Positions 37,983 to 47,176 of a stretch of 64,000 bases of DNA are shown in pieces. Source of the stretch: a virus; the IMG/VR virus record IMGVR_UViG_3300021963_004264, positions 9,955 to 73,954 of that record, one strand, 5' to 3'. Each line of letters opens with the position of its first letter. The first letter of the stretch is position 1. Made by a program: the position numbers and the translations under genes. The notes under the pieces were generated by a model, which had not been told where the DNA came from, did not search any database, and worked only from the letters and a program-made list of their open reading frames with translations.

Positions 37983-38709
37983 TCTCTAGTATTTCTAAAT
38001 TTTTAAAGTAATCATAAAATTGTTGAGGTGTTAACAAGGCTGCATTATCACTATCTTCATCGCCCAGATACTTTTCAATAAATTCTACACCTTTATATGC
38101 AACTGCAACACTAGGGAATATGCCTACATCTTTACTTTCGTACCCTACAGTATAACCTTGCTGTATTAATTTATCTAGTTCGTTTAAATGAATTTCATTG
38201 ATCTCAGGCGGAAAATTTTCTGTAGTGTAATATACTTGCAGATTCTTTCTACCTTTACCATATAGTGTTTGGTAGTCTTCATTGTGTTTGTAACTAAAGA
38301 TAACTTCTGTAAAATTATTTTTGCAAAATCTAGATAGTTCGTAAATGTTGACAGCACTGTTATGAAGCTTAATAACTTTAGCATCACAATACTCTTTTAC
38401 AAATTCTGCCGCATTACTGTCAGTAACACTCCATATAACGGGTATACCTATTCTATTTGCTAAATTGCTAATATGTTCAGCTGAATTTATATCTATCTCA
38501 CTACGTTTAGCAACTTCAATATATGGTAAATGCCCCCAGCGACTTGGTATAGAAACATATTTCTTTTCTTCCGGTATAAGCAAACTAGGTGTGCTTTTGC
38601 TAATTACAACTGCATCAGCATTACACTGTGCAGCCGCAATTAGTCTTGCTTCTAAGACACTAATTTTATTTTCGTGTCCTACACCTATGTTAGCATATAG
38701 TTTAGCCAT
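37969..38709 (-). CDS. NeuB (N-acetylneuraminate synthase)-like protein, degenerate
   Basis: ANIGVGH, ADAV, GIPVIWSV, FPP, VGY..., IEK pattern; the metal-binding His residues appear replaced. Confidence 0.65.
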   Translation of the reverse strand: MAKLYANIGVGHENKISVLEARLIAAAQCNADAVVISKSTPSLLIPEEKKYVSIPSRWGHLPYIEVAKRSEIDINSAEHISNLANRIGIPVIWSVTDSNAAEFVKEYCDAKVIKLHNSAVNIYELSRFCKNNFTEVIFSYKHNEDYQTLYGKGRKNLQVYYTTENFPPEINEIHLNELDKLIQQGYTVGYESKDVGIFPSVAVAYKGVEFIEKYLGDEDSDNAALLTPQQFYDYFKNLEILEIANG

Positions 38710-40378
38710 TGCCTTCTACACCACCTAAACCATCTAATTCTGTATCCCAGCCAATGCTACTGCCACCAATTTTTTTCATCATTTCAGCACGAGCTTCAGG
38801 GTCTAATGGATTGTCGTACCAGTCTGCACTTTCACCTGTCTTACGATCACGCTTACGAACTTCCTCTACAACAACTTCACCATCTTCGCTTACTGTACGA
38901 TGTGCATAAACAGCACCGTCTTTAGCTAATGTCTTTGGTTGCTGGATATCCATTTCTTTTTTCACTAGTGGCAGAACTTTGATGTTATCATAGAACTCTA
39001 CTAGATTAGGAAATGTTTTGCGGAAGTCTTTGCCGCGACGTGCATCATACTGCTCATGGAATACTTTAAAGTCATGCTCTAGTAGTTCACGGTCAGCAGT
39101 ATTACGATGCGGTGTTTTAACAACGTCTAGATACTCAATAAGACGACTTAGCTGATCCTGCTCCCAAGGTTGCACCAACTGTAGTCCATTAGCATCACGC
39201 TCGTCCTTTTCACGTACTTCTTTAAGCCAGTTAAAGATTTGGTCGTGATACTTTTTACGTAACTCATCTGGTAGTGTTAATGGACTTTGGAAACTAGGGA
39301 AGCGTAGAATGTTGCAAGTAAAGCCTGGACGATTATGTCCGTACTTGCGCTTCATTGACAGCATCCAGTTTAAAAAGTCTACAATACTATCTAAGCACAG
39401 CGCATTAATGGTCATCATCATGTGCAAGCCTTCGATACGTGCTTCACTACACATACGTTCAAAGTTATGTGTCCATTCTTCCCAGTTTAGTCCGTCGCGA
39501 ATATATTCAGCTTGTGGGCCGTATGCTTCGCAACTAGTATACAAGTGGAAACGATTAATATACTGTGTACCGGCAATTAACTTGTCAATAAGGTCTTTCT
39601 TAGAACCTAAGTTACTGTTAATAGCTAAACGCATTTTTTGTGCTTGCGGTGTATCAGCGTTTTCTTTAAACCAATCAAACAGTTTATAGATGTCAGGAGT
39701 CATTGTAGGTTCACCACCAGTAACACGAATTTCTTCTAGCTCTTGGCTAAGTTCAGGCCACCAACGCCAGAACGCATCTACATATGGATTAAAGTCATCT
39801 CTGTCAAATGGTTCTGCATAAGGTGCATCGTCAATAAAATGCCCACGTGCATCGCTACGGATATTATGGTAACCGCCATTATTTCGAATGTCTTTTACCC
39901 ATGTAGTACTGAAAGCAGGATTACAATAGCTACATGCGAACTGACAAGTTCTATTAAAGGAAATTTCTAAAGTCTTAAGACCAACGTCTGCATCTGGATT
40001 TAGTTTAGCAATCTTCATCAAGTCTTCATCTTCATAGATAACAGTCTTGTATGTACGATCACTTACAGGCTCGTTGCCGTCAGCATCCTTGCCCATATCC
40101 TCAATCTTCCAGCAGTATTCACATTCTTTGGGACGCTTGCCTTCCTGCATCATTTGACGCATTTTCTTTTTGTGCTTGGTATTGTGAATAGCAGTAGGAT
40201 TAGTTTTGATTTCTTCTAAATCAATTTGGTGTGCGGGAGGGTGATGGCAACTAGTAGTGCCACCATGCCCTAGCCAAATAGTAGCATTAAGCCACTTAGC
40301 CGCACAGAATGATTCCGAAACCGGATCAATCATTCTCTTCTTAAACTCTCTGTGGCTTTCGCCTTGCTTACGTCCCAT
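38702..40378 (-). CDS. N-terminal Twitch-domain radical SAM protein (CxHPP subtype)
   Basis: CAAKW..SCHHPP..CEYCW, then CQFACSYC, TGGEP. Confidence 0.9.
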   Translation of the reverse strand: MGRKQGESHREFKKRMIDPVSESFCAAKWLNATIWLGHGGTTSCHHPPAHQIDLEEIKTNPTAIHNTKHKKKMRQMMQEGKRPKECEYCWKIEDMGKDADGNEPVSDRTYKTVIYEDEDLMKIAKLNPDADVGLKTLEISFNRTCQFACSYCNPAFSTTWVKDIRNNGGYHNIRSDARGHFIDDAPYAEPFDRDDFNPYVDAFWRWWPELSQELEEIRVTGGEPTMTPDIYKLFDWFKENADTPQAQKMRLAINSNLGSKKDLIDKLIAGTQYINRFHLYTSCEAYGPQAEYIRDGLNWEEWTHNFERMCSEARIEGLHMMMTINALCLDSIVDFLNWMLSMKRKYGHNRPGFTCNILRFPSFQSPLTLPDELRKKYHDQIFNWLKEVREKDERDANGLQLVQPWEQDQLSRLIEYLDVVKTPHRNTADRELLEHDFKVFHEQYDARRGKDFRKTFPNLVEFYDNIKVLPLVKKEMDIQQPKTLAKDGAVYAHRTVSEDGEVVVEEVRKRDRKTGESADWYDNPLDPEARAEMMKKIGGSSIGWDTELDGLGGVEGNG

Positions 40379-40388
40379 TGTGTGTCCT

Positions 40389-41924
40389 CTAAATCATTGC
40401 ATTTGCTTCTTGGCAAATTTGCCACCAGTCTTCCATTTCCGGGAACACTGATAAAAAGTCTGTGTCTCTACGCTGATCATGTTGCGTAAAGAATTTATAA
40501 AAATTAGCTCGCGCTTTTAATACTTCTTCTTCACTTAACTTACTGCCCGCTTTCATCCATTCTAGATTACGACGAGCCTTATCAATTTCAAAATCCTTAA
40601 AGCCTCTATAGTCTATGTACTGCTCGTTGGCAGCATTAAGTTCCATAAAAGCAATTGCTTCTTCTAAGTAGTCCTGGTACCATTCTGGCATTACTTGTAT
40701 GCACTGCCAGTGTGGTGCTCGCAATAACGGAATATCAAACCAAATACGTTGCTTAGGACGTATTTCGTAGTCAGGGTGTTTGTGTCCACCATTATCCGGT
40801 ACTGGTATGTATTTAATGCCTTGGCGATCTTTAGCGAACTCTTCGCGGAGCTCTAGAATAAACTGTAGCCATTCTCGGAAGCTGGTTAAGCTAAGTGCAT
40901 TAAATGTGTTAATAAATGTTATAGTGGTATTGTCTGTTTCACGTAGTACACGCAATACATTCTTCTTTAGCACTTCAAAGTCCATGCCGTTACGCATGTA
41001 CTCTGCTTGCTTACCATAACCGTCACAGCTAACAAACACAGCGAAGTTCTTACAAGCCGGTGCTACATACCAGTTGTTTCCACTGTTTGGATTAAACTTC
41101 TGTGGATCTTCCCAAATTTGAATCTGTTCTAAACGCTGTAGCGATTCAATAAACTTGTCCATTAGCTGTGGCTTTGGTGGAACCATGTTTGATGTTACAC
41201 TCATTTCTAGCCATGCGTTAGGATTTTTATACACATAGTCTAGTACTTTAAAAGTATTTACGTCCATCAGTGGTTCACCACCTGTCATACGGAACACTTC
41301 TAGATTCTTGTATAACTCTGGCCACCATTTCCAGAACGCTTCTACATATGGATTCTCATCCTGTGCTACACGCAAAGGCATTAGGCCTGCGCGAGCTAAA
41401 CTTTCTGTGTTGTTATGCTCGCCACCCACAATTTGATATGGACCGTGATCTTTAATCTCTTGATGCCAGCTGGTGCTTAGATGCGGACTGCAATAACTGC
41501 ATTTGAAGTTGCAGGCTTGGTTAAAGTTTACTTCTACATAGCGTGGGTTGATGTTGCCTTCCCAACCTGCTGTCTTAATATCTTCTTTAGCGTTCTGTGC
41601 CCAGTATTCGCCACTGCGGTAAACACGATCACTGCGGCCACCTACATCTTCGATGCGCCAGCAGTAGCTACAACCAGCTGGGCGTTTTCCTTCCAGCATG
41701 TCTTTACGCTGTTCTTTTTTCTCAGATGTATTGTGTAGCGCACTGGGATTAGCCTTTAGTTCTTCTAGGTCAATTTTGTGCGTAGGCGGATGATAACAAC
41801 TGTGTGTCATGCCGTTAGTCAAGTGCATAGATACCTGCGCCCACTTTGCATAACACATAGTAGGGCTAATAGCATCTAGTTCTTTTTGGGCGGCATCTGC
41901 TGCCTGTTCATAAATACTAGTCAT
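40389..41924 (-). CDS. N-terminal Twitch-domain radical SAM protein (CxHPP subtype)
   Basis: CYAKW..SCYHPP..CSYCW, then CNFKCSYC, TGGEP. Confidence 0.9.
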   Translation of the reverse strand: MTSIYEQAADAAQKELDAISPTMCYAKWAQVSMHLTNGMTHSCYHPPTHKIDLEELKANPSALHNTSEKKEQRKDMLEGKRPAGCSYCWRIEDVGGRSDRVYRSGEYWAQNAKEDIKTAGWEGNINPRYVEVNFNQACNFKCSYCSPHLSTSWHQEIKDHGPYQIVGGEHNNTESLARAGLMPLRVAQDENPYVEAFWKWWPELYKNLEVFRMTGGEPLMDVNTFKVLDYVYKNPNAWLEMSVTSNMVPPKPQLMDKFIESLQRLEQIQIWEDPQKFNPNSGNNWYVAPACKNFAVFVSCDGYGKQAEYMRNGMDFEVLKKNVLRVLRETDNTTITFINTFNALSLTSFREWLQFILELREEFAKDRQGIKYIPVPDNGGHKHPDYEIRPKQRIWFDIPLLRAPHWQCIQVMPEWYQDYLEEAIAFMELNAANEQYIDYRGFKDFEIDKARRNLEWMKAGSKLSEEEVLKARANFYKFFTQHDQRRDTDFLSVFPEMEDWWQICQEANAMI

Positions 41925-42576
41925 AAATTTTAGTATAGTCCCAACCTTGATCCATAAATTTACTGTGTTGTTTCCAACGCATAATAACTCTATGCATATG
42001 TTCCCCGCCGGCTACCGACCAAATGTCGTTATTATTAAAGCCGTCATTTAATAAATGGTCACTGATTAGTTTGGCATATTTTTGCTTTTTTTCTTGTGTC
42101 ATATCACTTATACATGCGCCTGCAACTATTAAGCCTTTATCTTTTCCGCCTATTGTAAAAATAAGCTGTTGTTCAGAACTTCTTAATAATCTATATAGTA
42201 TACAATCAGGAAAGTCTTTTTCGTAAGCGATAGTACTTGTAGAAAAAATAAACGTGCCTTTCATTTTATTTTCTAAGTATTTTAACAACGTTAGTTTAAA
42301 CCAAAAACCTATTCTCCAAGAGTTTATAAAATTATCATACGTGTCTTTTTGTTCTATCAAAGGTCTAGTATAATCAAAATCGGCACCCTGAATATTTGCA
42401 TTAAAAAATATTCTATCTGGAAGCTCTTTATTTTTTATAGATTCTATGAATTCTTCTGGTTTACTATAATCAACATTATGTCGGCCGAATTTAATAACTT
42501 CGTGACCGGCGGCTTCTAAATCGGCAATAATGTATTTTGCATACTCTGAAGATGCACCAAAAAACCAATATTTCAT
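41917..42576 (-). CDS. Short-chain dehydrogenase-like Rossmann protein (divergent)
   Basis: FFGASS..A..I...LEAAGHEV, FFNAN, FIFSTS, Y-x3-R in place of YxxxK. Confidence 0.55.
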   Translation of the reverse strand: MKYWFFGASSEYAKYIIADLEAAGHEVIKFGRHNVDYSKPEEFIESIKNKELPDRIFFNANIQGADFDYTRPLIEQKDTYDNFINSWRIGFWFKLTLLKYLENKMKGTFIFSTSTIAYEKDFPDCILYRLLRSSEQQLIFTIGGKDKGLIVAGACISDMTQEKKQKYAKLISDHLLNDGFNNNDIWSVAGGEHMHRVIMRWKQHSKFMDQGWDYTKIYD

Positions 42577-43130
42577 TTTTTCTCTTCTTTGGTTCGGTCA
42601 AGCATCATTGAAATAGTAAATCTATCTACTGCGTTGTGATCTAGTAGTCCTACACTATGAAAACTTTTATCCAAAACTTTAAATAATAAAAGTTGATTAG
42701 GTTTCCCACCTATGTCAATCGGATCGTTGCCATACGTATCTGAATGAAATGTTGTACCACAAGCGTTGTTTAAATATAAAACACCTCTAATCGGCACATG
42801 TATCCAATGTGTATCATTATGAATATGTAATTTATTTCCAGCTGGAAGTAAGTTAACAGAAGACTTGTTTTCTATGCAGTTTTCTTGCCAAACCAGATTA
42901 ATAGCATTTAACATTTCACTTTCATATTTTAATAATACTTCCATTAGTGGGTGGCCTGATAAAGACATAAAGCCTTCTAATTTATCATTAGTTACAAAAT
43001 AATCCAATAAGTATTTTTTATGTGCTGCATCAAATAATTGAGGATCAAAAAAGTTGTCAATGAGTATGTACTCTGTGCCATGACAGACTTTTATATTTTC
43101 TCGACATATTTGATCAATGTTTAACAGCAT
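42573..43130 (-). CDS. 2OG-Fe(II) oxygenase
   Basis: HND (HxD), LYLN, FHSV, DRFTI; start refined to ATG 43130 (TAATG overlap). Confidence 0.75.
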   Translation of the reverse strand: MLLNIDQICRENIKVCHGTEYILIDNFFDPQLFDAAHKKYLLDYFVTNDKLEGFMSLSGHPLMEVLLKYESEMLNAINLVWQENCIENKSSVNLLPAGNKLHIHNDTHWIHVPIRGVLYLNNACGTTFHSDTYGNDPIDIGGKPNQLLLFKVLDKSFHSVGLLDHNAVDRFTISMMLDRTKEEKK

Positions 43131-44125
43131 TATAACAAGCCTTTTTCCAGCAGTTCTTGGATCTGTTTTTCTCGAATCATTACACCCCAACGGCGTGGAT
43201 TTACATAAGTTTTTTTAAAGAACTCACACATTTTTGGATTAGGATCAAACAACATCATTTTGTTGATATCTTCATTTAGTTCTTGTCCTAGAGTACATAT
43301 TGCATTATACAACATTTCTTTGTTCCACGCAACCTTTGTATAGCGGCAAACTGTGTCGCCTGCAAACTGTGGAGCGATTTCTTTATTAAAATAATCTTTA
43401 AACCACTCATAGTCTGAAATTTGATTAGTGTCCCAATCTGTTAATACAGTTTTTTGACAGCCTAACCTAGCGCCGTAGATTGCCCACAACCCATTTTCAA
43501 CATCGCTACCGATATTGCACCACGTTTGTAATCTGTTATAATTTTGCCACCAAATTTTATCTGCAAACTCATCTGCACGTACTTTTCGTCCTTGGTCTAG
43601 ACTCATCTTTACGCCTTCACGGAAGCCTGCACGAAAAGCCTGGAACGGACTGGCTGTTTGATGTACTTCACTAAATGTGTCGTTGAGCTGAATATAGTTT
43701 AACTTCCAGCAGAACTCCATGCCTTCGCCATCGCCTGCTGACTCGTGTGTTTGCATCTGTAGTGCATACTCTTTGGGCCAACACTTAAGACCACCGTTGC
43801 CATATACTAATCCGTTTAGTAGGTTCTTAGCGTTCCAGCTAAAGATGCTTTCGCTAATGTTGTTGCCGTCATGGTCTGTATCGGGTACATCTAGCACCTG
43901 TTCAAAGAAATCATCCATTACGATATTATCACCGTCTACAGTAATAAAACGTTCAGTTTCACTTTGTGCGGCAGCGGCTTTGTGCGCGGCATCGAACCCT
44001 TTAACACCGTGAACTCGTTTTGCCCAAGGTACCTTGTTAAGCAAGTCTGCCCAATTTTCTTCCGCATTGGGTTCATCGTAAGAGATATAAAAGATGTCTA
44101 GTTCAGTAACATCAATTTTGGCCAT
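43130..44125 (-). CDS. GT-A-like glycosyltransferase
   Basis: DIFYISYDEP, GFDAAHKAAA, ITVDGD (DxD), YGNGGLK, AFRAGFREG. Confidence 0.65.
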   Translation of the reverse strand: MAKIDVTELDIFYISYDEPNAEENWADLLNKVPWAKRVHGVKGFDAAHKAAAAQSETERFITVDGDNIVMDDFFEQVLDVPDTDHDGNNISESIFSWNAKNLLNGLVYGNGGLKCWPKEYALQMQTHESAGDGEGMEFCWKLNYIQLNDTFSEVHQTASPFQAFRAGFREGVKMSLDQGRKVRADEFADKIWWQNYNRLQTWCNIGSDVENGLWAIYGARLGCQKTVLTDWDTNQISDYEWFKDYFNKEIAPQFAGDTVCRYTKVAWNKEMLYNAICTLGQELNEDINKMMLFDPNPKMCEFFKKTYVNPRRWGVMIREKQIQELLEKGLL

Positions 44126-44158
44126 ATGTGTGTCCTATATTAAGTACACACATATTTA
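44124..44158 (-). promoter_or_regulatory. Late-type promoter with start-codon-occluding hairpin
   Basis: TAAATA 44158-53; perfect 10-bp stem ATATGTGTGT/ACACACATAT covering the AT of the ATG. Confidence 0.75.
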
Positions 44159-44207
44159 TCATGTTATTTGAAGGTATCTATCAAAGGCTGGCCCATATAC
44201 GCCTAAT

Positions 44208-44864
44208 CTAAACTTCTCTTGAATATTTTTCGAATGCTTTAACAGTATAAATGCTACATTCTAATGGGATGTCTTTGATTTTAATGGTTAGCAGTTTATT
44301 AGTTAATAGTTGACGTAACGACACATATTCACTGTGTAACATTATGTGTGGATCGTTTTTTGCTGTAAAATAAAATTTTAAAATTTTATGTCCATTTGCG
44401 GTTGCAGTAAAAGGATCTATATCTTTATATTTTTGTAAAATATTATCGTTAAGCTCAATGATAAATTGATTTTTTGTTAATGTACATTTACAGTCAAAAT
44501 CATCGTTATGGTCAATAAGCATAAGCGAATTATTTTCAGCTGATACTATAGTACTCTCTAAAGGCCTAGATTCTATACTATAAAGATTGTCAACTAGCAA
44601 ATCCTTTTTTACAAAGAAAAGATTCCAATTTTTACCTTCGAGAATTTGTAGTTGGTTATCGTCGAATTCTCGAAACTGCCACTCTGGGTTTGCTTCTATT
44701 TCTTCTTTAGTAATAGAAACAATTGTTCCATCATTTAAAAAATATACTTTTGGCTTTTTTGAAAGTTCTTGCTTCATCAAGGCAGCAAAACTTCCGCCAG
44801 CAGATTCTTTTGACGCTAAAAACCTTAATCTTCGTTCTTCAGCTTCTTTAGATACCATAATCAT
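44208..44864 (-). CDS. Hypothetical protein
   Basis: 218-aa ORF overlapping the GT8-like gene; FYFTAKNDPH. Confidence 0.7.
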   Translation of the reverse strand: MIMVSKEAEERRLRFLASKESAGGSFAALMKQELSKKPKVYFLNDGTIVSITKEEIEANPEWQFREFDDNQLQILEGKNWNLFFVKKDLLVDNLYSIESRPLESTIVSAENNSLMLIDHNDDFDCKCTLTKNQFIIELNDNILQKYKDIDPFTATANGHKILKFYFTAKNDPHIMLHSEYVSLRQLLTNKLLTIKIKDIPLECSIYTVKAFEKYSREV

Positions 44865-45711
44865 TTTCCATTTGTTTAATCATTTTTAGTGTTAGCCAGT
44901 CCTTTTCAACATAATGAAATGGCAACAACTGTTGGAAGTTTCCTACTTTGAAATCAGTATAAGTGTTATAGTAAGTAGGTATAGTTTCAGTCCAGTTATG
45001 GCTTATTATCGATGTTGGTACGTTTTGTACATGGCTTTTCATATGTACAAAGGTAGGAACGGCGTCAATGTTTTCTCTAGTACATTCATGTTCAATGCCC
45101 AATAGTTGCATAGCTAGTGCAAATGCAACATCGCCACTCAGCCTGTCTGGTTTACCTTCGGGCATATACTTGTAAAAGAAACGCTGCCAATGCTGGAACA
45201 CAATTTCTGTCATAGCAAATAATTCACTAGCCAGTTCGCTTTTCTTAAAATAAAAGAAAGCTGTATACACATTAGGTAAATTATTTTTTACAAAATATTC
45301 TCTATAATAATTACTGCTAACAATTTCACCGCGAAAAGTACGTACTTTGGTAGTAGCCCACACATCACGTTGTGATAATATATCCCACCAATGGCTGACA
45401 TCTGTTGGAAATAACATATCAGTATCTAATACAACTGTTTCATCGTATGGCGTCATATGTAGATATTTCCATTTATTGTTAATTTTCCAATCTTCGCCTT
45501 GTGCATCATCTTGCCAAGGAATGTCAACAATATAGTCAAATACCTGTTTGTGTTTGTTGGTGATTTTTTTCTTTGTTTCGGCATCAACACAAACGGTTAA
45601 ATTATTAACACTGCTTTGTGTTAGTTTTAAATTTAACGCAAGAGCATATGCCTGTTGAAGATAATCAACAGATGCATTATTTTGTGCTATTACAATATAG
45701 CCCTTACTCAT
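44848..45711 (-). CDS. GT8-like nucleotide-diphospho-sugar transferase
   Basis: TPYDETVVLDTDML (DxD), FVHMK, FHY; paralogue of 47157..48065. Confidence 0.7.
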   Translation of the reverse strand: MSKGYIVIAQNNASVDYLQQAYALALNLKLTQSSVNNLTVCVDAETKKKITNKHKQVFDYIVDIPWQDDAQGEDWKINNKWKYLHMTPYDETVVLDTDMLFPTDVSHWWDILSQRDVWATTKVRTFRGEIVSSNYYREYFVKNNLPNVYTAFFYFKKSELASELFAMTEIVFQHWQRFFYKYMPEGKPDRLSGDVAFALAMQLLGIEHECTRENIDAVPTFVHMKSHVQNVPTSIISHNWTETIPTYYNTYTDFKVGNFQQLLPFHYVEKDWLTLKMIKQMENDYGI

Positions 45712-46523
45712 TAAACACCTTCTTTAAATTCTGGACAGTAGTAGTCAACGAATCTGTTTTTAATATGTGGCAATATTATTTCTTTAGTAAAATATTCATG
45801 CATAATTCGTGTAGGATGATTATCAGGCCACTTTATTGTTTCTCCGTGTTCTTCAATTTTCACGTCAATTTGAGGGAAATCATTATCAGTCCAGTGTGTG
45901 TAGCACCATTCGTGCATACTGCCTACTGGTAACCAATGGCTCCAATCAATAAGATCTCGCATCCAAATGACATTTGGATTTTTATAAAAATCTGTATCTT
46001 TAAAAACTTCTGATGTAAATGTAGTCATAAAATATTTAATACCTGCCAATTTTAAGTACGATTGTACCCAAAGAATTTTTTCATAGGTATTAACTCTATG
46101 ATTAACAAAATCATGCAAATGCGAATAATAAATTTTAGATGTCTTTTCTTTCCAATGAGGATTCATAATTAACCAGCCGCCGGGATCGTCGTCGACATAT
46201 GTTGTAGGATTAATAAACATACTATCTAAACTTTTAACATCATCACTAAGCTGTCCTTTAATATTAGAAATATATGTGTCGTGCCTATCTGGTCCGCTCC
46301 ACATAATACCTACTAGAATTTCGTCTGGCTTTGCACCTTGATCTAATAATTGCTGTACAGCAAATATTGCTTTTCTAGCAATTAAACTATTACCTTGACT
46401 TGATAAACCCATGTGAACACAGTTAACATCGTACGATGCTTCTAAATGTATTGGCCAGGTATAACGTGTGATAGCATCGCTAAAACTACAACCCGATGTA
46501 ACTATATGTTTAAAGTTTTTCAT
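45711..46523 (-). CDS. SGNH/GDSL-like protein (GCS variant)
   Basis: TSGCSFS, GLSSQGNSLI, IMWSGPDR, DNHPTRIMH. Confidence 0.6.
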   Translation of the reverse strand: MKNFKHIVTSGCSFSDAITRYTWPIHLEASYDVNCVHMGLSSQGNSLIARKAIFAVQQLLDQGAKPDEILVGIMWSGPDRHDTYISNIKGQLSDDVKSLDSMFINPTTYVDDDPGGWLIMNPHWKEKTSKIYYSHLHDFVNHRVNTYEKILWVQSYLKLAGIKYFMTTFTSEVFKDTDFYKNPNVIWMRDLIDWSHWLPVGSMHEWCYTHWTDNDFPQIDVKIEEHGETIKWPDNHPTRIMHEYFTKEIILPHIKNRFVDYYCPEFKEGV

Positions 46524-46525
46524 TT

Positions 46526-47176
46526 TTACTTTACACCACTAGATAACACAATTTTACAAATATGTTCTAGGCGTTCAATGTGTTCCATAGCACGCCATGG
46601 ACTAGTATCTATTGCTACAACCCCATGACCTTTAATGCCAACAATGTCATATGCAATGTTACCCTCACTGTCAAGCTGTAAATTTTCGTGACACTTTACA
46701 GCTAGTTCTTCGCTGATAGGTGGAACATCTGGCACATTAGGTGCTACTCGTGTATAGCGTCCTAGTTCAGGAAAGTCTTTCACTAACTCAGCTAGTTCTA
46801 TTCCGGCGTGCATGGCTGCTACACAATAAGTCGGATGCAGATGCATAACTACTCGCACGTCATTTTTGTGCTGACCCATTTCTTTTTGTAAGCCGAAGTG
46901 TAGAGGAATTTCGCCGCTGGGCTTTAGATTAGCACTAATGTCTGTATAAAACTCTTCTACCCAACCGTATTGTACGAAAGGAGGTGCGGCATATGGCACA
47001 CGATTAATTTGAATCTTTTTAAACTGATCAGGTTGCATTGTCTGCTTACGCACACCACTAGGCGTAATATAAAAATGATTACGGTCGTGGTGACGAATAC
47101 TTACATTGCCGTCACGACTGGTAATCCAGTTGCGCTTATACGCTTCTACTAATGTATCACAGATTGTTTCTAACAT
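46526..47176 (-). CDS. Class II aldolase/adducin family protein
   Basis: DGNVS, ITPSG, PSGEIPLH, MHLHPTY (HxH), KGHGVV. Confidence 0.88.
   Translation of the reverse strand: MLETICDTLVEAYKRNWITSRDGNVSIRHHDRNHFYITPSGVRKQTMQPDQFKKIQINRVPYAAPPFVQYGWVEEFYTDISANLKPSGEIPLHFGLQKEMGQHKNDVRVVMHLHPTYCVAAMHAGIELAELVKDFPELGRYTRVAPNVPDVPPISEELAVKCHENLQLDSEGNIAYDIVGIKGHGVVAIDTSPWRAMEHIERLEHICKIVLSSGVK

Noticed and set aside
26412-41924. RiPP (peptide-modifying SPASM) cluster interpretation
   Set aside because: No PqqD/RRE domain, peptidase or transporter, and no convincing precursor family; neighbours are sugar enzymes. Not fully excluded given the two microproteins.
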